DNA from: Bacteroidota bacterium | Lineage (GTDB): Bacteria > Bacteroidota > Bacteroidia > B-17B0 > Aurantibacillaceae | Direction of reading: 5' to 3' | DNA: 64,000 nucleotides | NCBI GenBank assembly: GCA_021323535.1 | Contig: JAJONO010000004.1 | Location: 8,094 to 72,093, forward strand | Shown: positions 54,543-63,886 of the stretch, piece by piece | Numbering within the stretch: position 1 is the first letter of the stretch | Layout: each line of letters begins with the position of its first letter | Position numbers and translations under genes: made by a program | Notes under the pieces: model-generated | Database searches by the model: none | What the model saw: the letters and a program-made list of their open reading frames with translations, nothing else | What the model was told of the DNA's origin: nothing

Positions 54543-55052
54543 ATGGAAAACAAAGATTTTCTGGAGGATGACGAACCAATTGATCCGAAGAAATTTTTCG
54601 ATGAAAAAGAATACAGTACTTTAATCGTTGGAAGAGATGGTTTCAGCAAAAAACAAAATGATACCGCCGACCTGATTGAAACTTTACTTTCAAAAGATGT
54701 TACAAGAAAAGAAGCTGAAGAGATTTTTTCAAAATTAAAAGACCTTAATGCTCAGGCCATGATGGTAAAGGCCCTTGAGGAATCAACTTCAGAAAAAAAC
54801 AAAGCAAAGATATGTGCCGCCTGCTGGGAAAGCGGGTTAGACTTTACCCCTTATTTTTTACTTTTCACCGAATTTGCCTGCGGCAGCGATTTTTCTTTAG
54901 CCATGGAAGCGCTAACTGTTGTAGAGAACATGGAAGGTAATATTAATGAATTAGAATTAACGAAGGGACTCGAGCTGGTACAGAACTCTAAAAGCCCGAA
55001 CGCAGGTATTTTAGAAGATCTGGCAACAAACATCCGGCAAAGAATACACTGA
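54543..55052 (+). CDS. Hypothetical acidic protein coupled to moxR
   Basis: 169-aa ORF 5 nt after the moxR stop; no recognisable motif. Confidence 0.5.
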   Translation: MENKDFLEDDEPIDPKKFFDEKEYSTLIVGRDGFSKKQNDTADLIETLLSKDVTRKEAEEIFSKLKDLNAQAMMVKALEESTSEKNKAKICAACWESGLDFTPYFLLFTEFACGSDFSLAMEALTVVENMEGNINELELTKGLELVQNSKSPNAGILEDLATNIRQRIH

Positions 55053-55102
55053 CAGGAATAAATTCATGGCATATCTTTTTAGCTCTAAAATAAATTAATG
55101 AC

Positions 55103-56353
55103 ATGAAAAAACTAGTAATTGTTGGGGCGGGATTTGCAGGATTAAGACTCGCAAGAACTTTAAAAGACAAAGGATTCGAAATCTGGCTCATCGACAAGAA
55201 CAATTACCATCAGTTTCCGCCATTATTGTACCAGGTTGCCACCTGCGGTTTAGAGCCCAGCTCTATTTCATTTCCATTACGAAAAATATTTCAATCCTAT
55301 AAAAATGTTCATATTCGTTGCACCGAAGTAAATTCGGTAGATCACGAACAAAACAAAGTAGTTACTTCCATTGGATCTTTTTCTTACGATTATCTTGTGA
55401 TTGCAACAGGAGCAACTACTAATTTTTTTGGCAACGCACTCATTGAAAAAAATGCCATGCCAATGAAATCGGTTGGTGAGGCCTTGTTTGTACGAAACAA
55501 AGTGCTACAGAATTTTGAAGACGCTTTAATTGCCGATGATCAGACCAGGAAAGCATTACTGAATATTGTCATTGTTGGCGGAGGCCCAACCGGCGTGGAA
55601 GTAAGCGGTGCACTTGCCGAAATGAAAAATCAGATCTTACCGAAAGATTATCCGGAGATTGATTTTAAATCCATGAACATTTACCTTGTTGAGGCTGGTC
55701 CAAAAGTACTCGCAGCTTTTTCCGAAGAATCGGCTGCAAAAGCGAAACAATACCTTGAAGATCTGGGAGTGGTTGTGTTTACTTCAACACAGGTTACAGG
55801 TTACGATGGAAATGAAGTCTCTCTTTCAACAGGAAAAACATTACCAACAAAAAGCCTCATCTGGGCCGCTGGCATTAAAGGAAATAATTTAAGTGGATTA
55901 CCTGAGAACACAACCGCAAAAGGGAACAGGATCTCTGTGAATCGTTTCAGCCAGATAAATGGCTTCGAAAATATTTTCGCCATTGGTGATATTGCCAACA
56001 TGTCAACTCCAAAATATCCTAACGGTCACCCACAGGTTGCCACTGTAGCTAACATGCAGGCCGATCATCTTGCAAAGAACCTTGTGAAGCTTAAAGATGG
56101 AAAAGTCCTTGAGCAATTTGAATATAAAGATAAAGGCAGCATGGCCACTGTTGGAAGACATAAAGCCGTTGTGGATCTTCCGAAGACTCATTTCCAGGGT
56201 TGGCTTGCCTGGTTCTTCTGGATGTTTTTACACCTCATGCTTATCCTGGGTATGAAAAACAAATTACTCATTTTTGTAAATTGGTTATGGAATTATTTTA
56301 CTTTTGACCAATCATTGCGACTGATTATACGACAGCCGGCAAAAAAAGAATAA
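55103..56353 (+). CDS. ndh: Type II NADH dehydrogenase (NDH-2)
   Basis: Two dinucleotide folds VIVGAGFAGL and VIVGGGPTGVE, a GD(I/V)A motif, and a C-terminal membrane-anchoring helix. Confidence 0.85.
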   Translation: MKKLVIVGAGFAGLRLARTLKDKGFEIWLIDKNNYHQFPPLLYQVATCGLEPSSISFPLRKIFQSYKNVHIRCTEVNSVDHEQNKVVTSIGSFSYDYLVIATGATTNFFGNALIEKNAMPMKSVGEALFVRNKVLQNFEDALIADDQTRKALLNIVIVGGGPTGVEVSGALAEMKNQILPKDYPEIDFKSMNIYLVEAGPKVLAAFSEESAAKAKQYLEDLGVVVFTSTQVTGYDGNEVSLSTGKTLPTKSLIWAAGIKGNNLSGLPENTTAKGNRISVNRFSQINGFENIFAIGDIANMSTPKYPNGHPQVATVANMQADHLAKNLVKLKDGKVLEQFEYKDKGSMATVGRHKAVVDLPKTHFQGWLAWFFWMFLHLMLILGMKNKLLIFVNWLWNYFTFDQSLRLIIRQPAKKE

Positions 56354-56358
56354 ACACT

Positions 56359-57612
56359 ATGCTCAACAAAAATTTAAAATCCTGGATCGACGTTAAAGCC
56401 GACTCCGATTTCTCTATTCATAATATCCCTTTCGGAATATACTCCGATAAAAATGTAAAACATCACGCCTGCTCTGCTATTGGCGAATATATTATTGATC
56501 TGTTCGAGCTTGAAAGCGCCGATTTACTTGATATGCCCCGCGATGTGTTCGAGCAGCAATACCTCAACGCATTTATCGAACTTGGAAAAACACAAACAAA
56601 CAAAGTGCGCCTGAGATTAATTGAATTACTCTGCGACGAAAATTCAATTCTCAATAAAGACAAGGCTTTCTTCAATAAAGTTTTTAAAAAGCAAAGCAAT
56701 GTCACTATGCTTATGCCTGTTAGAATTGGCGATTACACCGATTTTTACAGCAGTATTGATCATGCTACCAACGTAGGAACAATGTTCCGCGACCCAGCCA
56801 ACGCCTTATTACCAAACTGGAAACATCTTCCTGTTGGTTATCATGGAAGAGCCAGCAGTATTCGTGTGAGCGGGCATTCGTTTCACCGCCCGAAAGGACA
56901 ACAAAAACCTGCCGATTCAGAAGTTCCGGTATTTGGTGCAAGTAAACTGCTCGACATAGAATTAGAAACCGCTTTTATCATTGGTAAATCAACCGAAATG
57001 GGCGACAGTGTTACCACAGAAAAAGCAGATGATTATATTTTCGGAATGGTATTATTCAACGACTGGAGCGCACGCGATATTCAGACCTGGGAATACGTTC
57101 CTCTTGGTCCATTTTTAGCGAAGAATTTCGCAAGCACTATTTCGCCTTGGATTGTTACGCTTGAAGCGCTGGAACCTTTTCGTGTAAAAGGATATGAGCA
57201 GACTCCAAAACTTCTTCCTTATCTCGAATACAAAGGCGATAAAAATTTAGATATCAATTTACAGGTTTATCTTAAGCCTCAAAATGGTAAAGAAAATCTG
57301 ATTTGCACCAGCAACTACAAATACATGTATTACACAATGGAACAACAGCTTGCACACCATACTGTAAATGGATGTAACATTAATGTTGGCGACATGATGG
57401 CAAGTGGTACGATCAGCGGTCCGCAGCCACACGAATATGGAAGCATGCTGGAGCTTACCTGGCGCGGAACAAAACCACTTAAACTCGAGGATGGCACCGA
57501 ACGTAAATTCGTAAACGATAATGATACGATTACTATTCGTGGATATTGTGAAAAAGATGGAGTACGCGTTGGATTCGGAGATTGTACCGGGACATTGTTA
57601 CCAGCGAAGTAA
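56359..57612 (+). CDS. fahA: Fumarylacetoacetase
   Basis: N-terminal FAA-hydrolase domain (SWIDV...FSIHNIPFGIY) and FAH-fold motifs (DYTDFYSS, FNDWSARDIQ). Confidence 0.9.
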   Translation: MLNKNLKSWIDVKADSDFSIHNIPFGIYSDKNVKHHACSAIGEYIIDLFELESADLLDMPRDVFEQQYLNAFIELGKTQTNKVRLRLIELLCDENSILNKDKAFFNKVFKKQSNVTMLMPVRIGDYTDFYSSIDHATNVGTMFRDPANALLPNWKHLPVGYHGRASSIRVSGHSFHRPKGQQKPADSEVPVFGASKLLDIELETAFIIGKSTEMGDSVTTEKADDYIFGMVLFNDWSARDIQTWEYVPLGPFLAKNFASTISPWIVTLEALEPFRVKGYEQTPKLLPYLEYKGDKNLDINLQVYLKPQNGKENLICTSNYKYMYYTMEQQLAHHTVNGCNINVGDMMASGTISGPQPHEYGSMLELTWRGTKPLKLEDGTERKFVNDNDTITIRGYCEKDGVRVGFGDCTGTLLPAK

Positions 57613-57633
57613 TTAACATTTCTTCTTTAGAAA

Positions 57634-58161
57634 TTAAAATCCAATCTTTTTCCCTGGATGATTTTCTTTCTCTTTCTTTTCTACTAGCTCATCAAGATAT
57701 TGAAATACCAATTCGATATTTTTTGAATTATTTTCAGTTTTCTTTCTTATATCTTCAATTGCTAATCTTAATTCAGTATTATCAATTAACATTTGACGGA
57801 TTCTTGTGAATACCCTCACTATTTGAATATTTATACTGATCGCTTTATCGCTATTAAGAACACTGGCTAACATTGCCACTCCTTGCTCTGTAAAAGCATT
57901 AGGCATATAACGTGTTCCTCCCCAACTTGAGGTCACAAATTGTGACCTCAAGTTTTCAAATTCGGGACGAGTTAACTCAAACATAAAATCTGCAGGAAAA
58001 CGATTCAGATTCCGCCTTACAGCCTGATTGAAGACTTTTGTTTCTACACCATATAATTCGGCAAGATCTTTATCTAACATTACTTTATAACCCCTGAGGA
58101 AATAAATCTTATTCATAATGATCTCATCCGGTAAAGAAAGGGCGTTTGCTTTTTTTGGCAT
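57634..58161 (-). CDS. ORF6N-domain (KilA-N-related) DNA-binding protein
   Basis: IYFLRGYKVMLDKDLAELYGVETKVFNQAVRRNLNRFPADFMFELT pattern. Confidence 0.75.
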   Translation of the reverse strand: MPKKANALSLPDEIIMNKIYFLRGYKVMLDKDLAELYGVETKVFNQAVRRNLNRFPADFMFELTRPEFENLRSQFVTSSWGGTRYMPNAFTEQGVAMLASVLNSDKAISINIQIVRVFTRIRQMLIDNTELRLAIEDIRKKTENNSKNIELVFQYLDELVEKKEKENHPGKKIGF

Positions 58162-58220
58162 GTATAATAGTTTATGGCAAAACTATTTTATTCATTCAAA
58201 TTAAATTCAGCCATTTAACA

Positions 58221-58254
58221 AAACAAAAACGCCCCACATTTCTGTGAGGCGTTT
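58221..58254 (-). terminator. Intrinsic terminator of the SPFH-GYF gene
   Basis: AACGCCCCACA / TGTGAGGCGTT stem (1 mismatch); followed on the minus strand by TTTTTGTTTTG. Confidence 0.6.
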
Positions 58255-58275
58255 GTATGTATTTGATTTTATTAA

Positions 58276-59370
58276 TTACATAATTGGTGGGGGCGTATTC
58301 ATAAACAGCGAAGCAAGTTCTGGCTGCGATTCCGCAGTTGCCCAGTTGGCGAGACCGGCTTTCCACACCATAGTAGCACGGGTTAATTGCCCAGCTGCCG
58401 CCATTTGTTGTAACTGCTGTAAGTTGAACGGACCAGCCTGCGCGCCGTTTACCACAACATGAAACTGAATGATAGGCGGAGGTGTGTTCATACCCATATT
58501 GTTCTGAGCATTGTTATTCATGCCAGTCATCATATTGCTCATCATGTTACCCATTCCCATTCCAACACCCATTCCGATACCGGCACCACCGAGACCTTCA
58601 TTTTTTGCAGCGTCTTTAATAGCGTTAGCAGTATTGAACTGGGCAAGCTTATTCATGTCGATGGCGTTTAAGCGCGAGTAATTGAAGATCTCTTTCTTCA
58701 ATTCTTCCGGCATTGAAACGTTCTCAACTAAGAATTTAGTAATTGTTAAACCATATTCAGTAAAATCGTTGTTTAATTTATCGTGGCCAAGCTTTGAAAG
58801 TTCTTCCATGTTTGCGGCGAACTTTTCCACAGGAATATTTCCTTCACCAACGGCGTCGGTAAATTTGGTAACGATTAAACTTTTTAATTGATTGGTTACT
58901 TCTTCTGTACTGAAATTTTCATCGGTACCTGCAATTTCTTTAATGAATTTTGCAGCATCGGTAACACGGAAAGCGAACGAACCAAAACTACGGAGCTCAA
59001 TAAATCCGAAACGTGGATCGCTGAGTGTAATTGGATTTTTGGTGCCCCATTTCTGATCGATGAATTGTTTTGTACTTACGAAGAAAATATCTGCTTTGAA
59101 AGGACTATTAAAACCATATTTCCAACCTTTGAGGGTAGACATGATTGGCATGTTTTGCGTTTGAAGCGTATGCATTCCCGGTTGAAAAACGTCGGCAATT
59201 TTACCCTCATTCATAAACACCGCTACCTGGCTCTCGCGAACGGTAAGCTTGGCGCCCATTTTGATCTCATTCTGATATCTTGGAAATTTCCACACAATGG
59301 TATCGTTGGTGTTATCGAGCCACTCAATGATATCAATAAACTCATTCTTAATTTTATCAAATAATCCCAT
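58276..59370 (-). CDS. SPFH/band-7 domain protein with C-terminal GYF_2-like domain
   Basis: N-terminus MGLFDKIKNEFIDIIEW... with an SPFH core, a G/M/N-rich linker, and a C-terminal FHVVVNGAQAGPF...MVWKAGLANW. Confidence 0.8.
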   Translation of the reverse strand: MGLFDKIKNEFIDIIEWLDNTNDTIVWKFPRYQNEIKMGAKLTVRESQVAVFMNEGKIADVFQPGMHTLQTQNMPIMSTLKGWKYGFNSPFKADIFFVSTKQFIDQKWGTKNPITLSDPRFGFIELRSFGSFAFRVTDAAKFIKEIAGTDENFSTEEVTNQLKSLIVTKFTDAVGEGNIPVEKFAANMEELSKLGHDKLNNDFTEYGLTITKFLVENVSMPEELKKEIFNYSRLNAIDMNKLAQFNTANAIKDAAKNEGLGGAGIGMGVGMGMGNMMSNMMTGMNNNAQNNMGMNTPPPIIQFHVVVNGAQAGPFNLQQLQQMAAAGQLTRATMVWKAGLANWATAESQPELASLFMNTPPPIM

Positions 59371-59412
59371 GGTTTTAAATTTAATTTATAAGTAAATGTA
59401 GCATTTTTTGCT

Positions 59413-60603
59413 TTAAATCAAATCCAAAACTTTATTAATTTTTTGGATGGCAAAAAGAAGCTCCTCTTCGGTGATAACAAGGGGTGGAGCGATTCTCATG
59501 GCGGTTGAACAGAACAAAAACCAGTCGCTAATAACACCGTTTTCTATGCAGGCTTTAATCACCTTAAAGTTAAGTTCTTCACTTCCAAAATCAATGGCCC
59601 CAAGTGCTCCATGAATGCGCAACTCAGAAATATGCCTGTGTTTTAAATTTTCTTTTACAAGGATTTCAATACGGTTCGCTTTGGCCGTCAGGTTTTCCCT
59701 TACTATTACTTCTAAAGCCGCCTGGGCCGCCGCTACACAAACCGCGTTTCCTCCAAAGGTGTTAATATGTCCGAGAACGGGATCGTTGCTTAAACAGCTC
59801 ATAATGCGTTGTGAAGAGATGAAAGCGCCAATGGGAAGTCCACCCCCCATTCCTTTTGCAACAAGTAAAATATCAGGTACAACGTGATACTGTTCAAATG
59901 CGAATAAAGTACCGGTGCGCCCGAAGCCTGTTTGTATTTCATCGAAGATCAGAAGCACGCAATGTTCATCACATTTTTTACGAAGCAGATCCATGAATTT
60001 TTTATCCGCTGCTCTCACACCTGCTTCTCCCTGTATTGGTTCAATTATGACAGCAGCTGTGTGCGATGAAATATTTTCGAGCTCCTCAATTTTGTTGTAT
60101 TCAAGAATTTTTATTCCGGGTAACAGCGGACGGAAACTATTTTTAAAATACTCATCCCCCATTACACTTAATGCCCCGTGTGTACTTCCGTGATAGGCTT
60201 TTTTGAAGGAGACGATCTCGCTTCGTCCTGTAACACGTTTAGCAAGCTTTAACGCGCCTTCTACGGCTTCGCTTCCACCCGTTGTGAAATAAACCGAATC
60301 GAGGTTTTTCGGAAGAAGACTTGTGAGGGCCTCTGCATATTTTACCTGCGGCGATTGATTGTATTCACCAAACACCATCAGGTGCATGAACTTTTGCGAT
60401 TGTTCGTTGATAGCTGCTACAACTTCAGGATGACAATGCCCCACATTGCTAACGGAAATTCCACTGATAAGATCGATGTATTCTTTTCCGTTTACATCTG
60501 TGAGTTTTGAACCTGATGCAGTGGTAATATTCATATCAATACCCAGCAAAGGTGTATCAGATGTTTGTGCGACGTGACGAAGAAATAATTCCCTTTGGTT
60601 CAT
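59413..60603 (-). CDS. Class III (acetylornithine/GABA-type) PLP aminotransferase
   Basis: GGSEAVEGALK, IFDEIQTGFGRTG, and PLP-lysine context LVAKGMGGGLP. Confidence 0.85.
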   Translation of the reverse strand: MNQRELFLRHVAQTSDTPLLGIDMNITTASGSKLTDVNGKEYIDLISGISVSNVGHCHPEVVAAINEQSQKFMHLMVFGEYNQSPQVKYAEALTSLLPKNLDSVYFTTGGSEAVEGALKLAKRVTGRSEIVSFKKAYHGSTHGALSVMGDEYFKNSFRPLLPGIKILEYNKIEELENISSHTAAVIIEPIQGEAGVRAADKKFMDLLRKKCDEHCVLLIFDEIQTGFGRTGTLFAFEQYHVVPDILLVAKGMGGGLPIGAFISSQRIMSCLSNDPVLGHINTFGGNAVCVAAAQAALEVIVRENLTAKANRIEILVKENLKHRHISELRIHGALGAIDFGSEELNFKVIKACIENGVISDWFLFCSTAMRIAPPLVITEEELLFAIQKINKVLDLI

Positions 60604-60605
60604 TT

Positions 60606-60646
60606 TTTAACCGCAAAGACGCAAAGATGTGCGCAAAGAACGCAAT
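60606..60646. repeat. CGCAAAG-type word repeat filling the methyltransferase/aminotransferase spacer
   Basis: TTTAACCGCAAAGACGCAAAGATGTGCGCAAAGAACGCAAT; a 19-nt stretch is identical to 10934-10952. Confidence 0.8.
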
Positions 60647-61314
60647 CAGGTCTCTTTACTCTTCTCTAAATTAATAAATAATTCTCTTCCTTCGCGGGGT
60701 TTGATGGAATTACGGGAAGGTTCGTAAACATTTATTTTAAAAAGATCTTCAAAATATTTTTTGTATTCTTCTTTTGATCCACCGAAGGGAGGTTTATCTG
60801 AATTTAAAATATCATTGAAAAGAAGTCCAACCAGTTTTCCTCCGGGCTTTAAAAGCTGATTCATTTTTTCGAAATACTTTCTTCTGAGAGAAGGATCAAT
60901 CGCGCAGAAGAAGGTTTGCTCGATGATCAAGTCGAAGCCGTCGTTGATCTTTGTGTGTTGCTTCTCGACCACGCTCGAAGTGACACTGTTGTCATCGATA
61001 GCATTTTGGGAGGGGAAAATATCAAAGAAATCGATCTGCCATAAATTTTCTTTTTTGATGAGAGGGCAACGCTGCTGTAAATTCTTCAAAGGTTCTTCGG
61101 CGAAATCGCAGACATAAACATTGGGGAAACCATTATTAACAAGGTATTCGGCTTCGTAAGAATTTCCGGCACCTGGAATTAAAATTGAAATGCTTTTATC
61201 TGTGAGCTGATCAAAATATTCTTTCAGAGGAGTTGAAACATGTCCTACGTCCCAACTGAATTCGTTGTTCAGATACCTGTTGTTCCAGTATGTTTCGTTG
61301 AGATTGTGGTTCAA
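60646..61314 (-). CDS. SAM-dependent methyltransferase (thiopurine/halide methyltransferase-like)
   Basis: YWNNRY...FSWD N-terminus and ILIPGAGNSYEA SAM loop. Confidence 0.65.
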   Translation of the reverse strand: MNHNLNETYWNNRYLNNEFSWDVGHVSTPLKEYFDQLTDKSISILIPGAGNSYEAEYLVNNGFPNVYVCDFAEEPLKNLQQRCPLIKKENLWQIDFFDIFPSQNAIDDNSVTSSVVEKQHTKINDGFDLIIEQTFFCAIDPSLRRKYFEKMNQLLKPGGKLVGLLFNDILNSDKPPFGGSKEEYKKYFEDLFKINVYEPSRNSIKPREGRELFINLEKSKET

Positions 61315-62600
61315 TTTTCAATCATCTTAAGACTTACGCTTTCTACGCTTTGCAGATTTCGTTTAAGGATCGTTATTTCATAACCATCTCTCAGACGTTT
61401 ATCATTAATGCCCGGAATCCGTCCGAAAATAAAATTGATGTATCCCGAAACCGTTTCATAGCGTGGATCTTCAGGCAGTGCCATTGGTAATGCTTCGTTT
61501 ACATCTGCAATTGTTGCCTGTGCGTTCACAATATATTCATGATCGCTTTTCTTCTCTACGTTTGGTTTTTCTTCATCATGCTCATCCTGGATCTCTCCTA
61601 CCAGTTCTTCAATAATGTCTTCCATTGTAACAAGTCCGGCTGTGGCGCCAAATTCATTTGTAACAATAGCCATCTGAATATGATGCTTCTGAAAATCGCG
61701 GAGAAGCTCGTTGATCTTCATACTTTCAGGAACAAAATGAACGGGGCGCATGATATCCTTTAATGAGCGAAACTGATTATTGATCAAAGCTTTTAAAAGA
61801 TCTTTACTGTGAATGATACCGATCACGTGATCAATGTCGCCCAGGTAGATCGGTAAACGTGAAAAACCTTCTTCAATGATCATTTTTGTGATCTCGTTTC
61901 TACCAAGCTCCACATCCAGCGCCACTACCCTGTTCTGCGGCACCATAACCTGTTTAACGATACGATCATCAAAATCAAAAACATTCTGAATGAGTTCGTT
62001 TTCGCTTGGCTTGATAGCCCCACCCTCTTCACTTTCTGTTAAGATGAGGCGAAGTTCCTCTTCGGAGTGTACATCTTCCTCGATTGATTTAACACCAAAA
62101 AGACGGAGGACCGTCATAGATGTTTTATTGAGAAACCAGATGAAAGGACTGAATATAAAATAAAAAATTCTCATCGGCCAGGCGATAGTAAGGGTTGCCT
62201 GCAAACTGAATTTGATACCGATCATTTTAGGGATCTGCTCACCAATGGTAACGTGAAAAAAAGTAAGCAGTGTTAAAGCAATTGGTAAAGAAATACTATG
62301 AATCGCAATTCCATCTGGAACCCATCCAGATCTTTCGAAAGCATTCTCAACAATTTTTGAAATTACTTTTTCTCCAACCGCACCCAATGCGAGGGAGGCC
62401 AATGTAATACCCAGCTGTGAAGCCGAAAGATACGCTTCCAGTTTATTAATAAGTTTTTTTGCAAGTTTGGCGCGGCTGCTTCCTTTCTGTGCTTTAATGT
62501 CGAGTTGTGAAGCACGCACTTTAACCAGCGCGAATTCCGCCGCAACGAAAAAGCCGTTAAGCAAAACAAGAAAAAATGTAATTAGCAGGTCGATTACCAT
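61311..62600 (-). CDS. CNNM/TlyC-family protein (DUF21 membrane domain, CBS pair, CorC_HlyC domain)
   Basis: 4-TM N-domain with GEQIPK, a CBS pair, and a C-terminal CorC/HlyC-type domain. Confidence 0.85.
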   Translation of the reverse strand: MVIDLLITFFLVLLNGFFVAAEFALVKVRASQLDIKAQKGSSRAKLAKKLINKLEAYLSASQLGITLASLALGAVGEKVISKIVENAFERSGWVPDGIAIHSISLPIALTLLTFFHVTIGEQIPKMIGIKFSLQATLTIAWPMRIFYFIFSPFIWFLNKTSMTVLRLFGVKSIEEDVHSEEELRLILTESEEGGAIKPSENELIQNVFDFDDRIVKQVMVPQNRVVALDVELGRNEITKMIIEEGFSRLPIYLGDIDHVIGIIHSKDLLKALINNQFRSLKDIMRPVHFVPESMKINELLRDFQKHHIQMAIVTNEFGATAGLVTMEDIIEELVGEIQDEHDEEKPNVEKKSDHEYIVNAQATIADVNEALPMALPEDPRYETVSGYINFIFGRIPGINDKRLRDGYEITILKRNLQSVESVSLKMIEN

Positions 62601-62645
62601 GTGGTGTGTGTTACAAAACTAAATCATAAAGCCCGGGAAAAGGCA

Positions 62646-63002
62646 TTAAGGTTTGATCTTTTTAATCTGTTCCTCTTTTAGAGTAATAATATCCTTAAGC
62701 AGACCTATTTCATCGTTCAGTTGCGCGGCATTTTTTATGGTGTCGTCGCCAGTCCATAATTTATTGATGTAATAAGGACGTTCGTTATAGTTGATATCAG
62801 AATCTTCTGAGCGAAAAAAACTGTAGAGAGGGACCCGTAATGCTTTTGAAATAAGTTCGAGATTTCTGAGCTCGAGGGTTTTGTTATTGAGAGCTTCTGT
62901 AAGACTGGCCTCGCTCATGTTCAGGTATTCTGCCAGTTGTGTGAATGTGTAATTTTCTTTTTTTAAAATTTCTACTAACTGCGTTTTTATATCTGCTTCC
63001 AT
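62646..63002 (-). CDS. Small helix-turn-helix (XRE-like) protein
   Basis: FTQLAEYLNMSEASLTEALNNK...LISKALRVPLYSFF HTH-like pattern. Confidence 0.55.
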   Translation of the reverse strand: MEADIKTQLVEILKKENYTFTQLAEYLNMSEASLTEALNNKTLELRNLELISKALRVPLYSFFRSEDSDINYNERPYYINKLWTGDDTIKNAAQLNDEIGLLKDIITLKEEQIKKIKP

Positions 63003-63059
63003 AACTTAAACAAATTTACTATAGTTTGACGAATTGAGAGGTATTTTAACAGAAACAAA

Positions 63060-63090
63060 TAAAAAAAGGCTGGTTAATAACCAGCCTTTC
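63060..63090 (-). terminator. Intrinsic terminator of rplS
   Basis: AGGCTGGTT-aat-AACCAGCCT stem; followed on the minus strand by TTTTTTT. Confidence 0.7.
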
Positions 63091-63109
63091 TAGATGAATT
63101 ATAATATTC

Positions 63110-63472
63110 TTAAGCTTCTGTATTCTGAATTTTTTCGCGGATACGTGCGGCTTTACCGGTACGTTCGCGTAAGTAAAATAATTTAGCGCGGCGAACAACA
63201 CCAACTTTGTTAACTTCGATTTTGTCGATGAAAGGAGATGCAAAAGGGAAGATACGCTCAACACCTACACCGTTACTGATTTTACGTACTGTGAAAGAAG
63301 CCGTAGCTTTTTCGTTTTTACGTTGAATAACAACGCCAGTAAATTGCTGGATACGTTCTTTGTCACCCTCTTTAATTTTGTATGATACAGTTACTGTATC
63401 ACCTGCTTTGAACTTCGGATGTTTTGTTTCAGCGGTTAATTGCTTTTTTACGTAGTCTAATAAAAGGCTCAT
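63110..63472 (-). CDS. rplS: 50S ribosomal protein L19
   Basis: KFKAGDTV...QQFTGVVI...[22 protein letters not shown] pattern. Confidence 0.95.
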   Translation of the reverse strand: MSLLLDYVKKQLTAETKHPKFKAGDTVTVSYKIKEGDKERIQQFTGVVIQRKNEKATASFTVRKISNGVGVERIFPFASPFIDKIEVNKVGVVRRAKLFYLRERTGKAARIREKIQNTEA

Positions 63473-63544
63473 TTTATTAAAATTTTAAATTACAGTTTAA
63501 AGCATTCTTTACCTCGTGTAAACAGCGGCTTTGAAACAGGGGCA

Positions 63545-63552
63545 CAAATATA
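63545..63552 (-). promoter_or_regulatory. -7 box (TATATTTG) about 72 nt upstream of rplS
   Basis: Minus strand reads cgTATATTTGtgcccc; implies a ~65-nt rplS leader. Confidence 0.35.
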
Positions 63553-63635
63553 CGAATTTAAGTGCATTGAGCAAATAAATTTAAATCCGGTATCGCACTT
63601 CGTTAAACATTTAATTAATTGATTTACAATAAATT

Positions 63636-63678
63636 AAAAAGCCATAAAGCAGAGCCGAATTCGCTTTATGGCTTTTTT
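63636..63678. terminator. Bidirectional-looking hairpin upstream of the rplS promoter region
   Basis: GCCATAAAGC (63641-63650) pairs with GCTTTATGGC (63663-63672), flanked by AAAAA and TTTTTT. Confidence 0.55.
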
Positions 63679-63696
63679 CAAATACTTTAGAGTGAA

Positions 63697-63870
63697 TTAC
63701 TTGCCTTTTCCGTTAGAATCGGGCTTTGCAACGGGTACCTGTTCCACTTCCCTGTTCGGGGTTTGATCAGGATCATTTCCCGGCTTTTTGGGATTATTAT
63801 TTCCACCCTGTTTTTTATTATTATTCTTTTTTACAGGATTATGCTTGGTTGGTTTTACAGGTGTTGTCAT
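63697..63870 (-). CDS. Possible 57-aa basic low-complexity peptide (below the ORF-track cutoff)
   Basis: ATG...TAA frame read by eye: MTTPVKPTKHNPVKKNNNKKQGGNNNPKKPGNDPDQTPNREVEQVPVAKPDSNGKGK. Followed by the hairpin at 63636-63678. Confidence 0.25.
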   Translation of the reverse strand: MTTPVKPTKHNPVKKNNNKKQGGNNNPKKPGNDPDQTPNREVEQVPVAKPDSNGKGK

Positions 63871-63886
63871 GTTGAATGATTTTTAA

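Noticed and set aside
60606-60646. CRISPR-like appearance of the iterated CGCAAAG units (also 10934-11016 and 29484-29507)
   Set aside because: The units are 7-9 nt with irregular 1-5-nt spacing, occur in both orientations and have no cas genes nearby. They are word repeats, not a CRISPR array.
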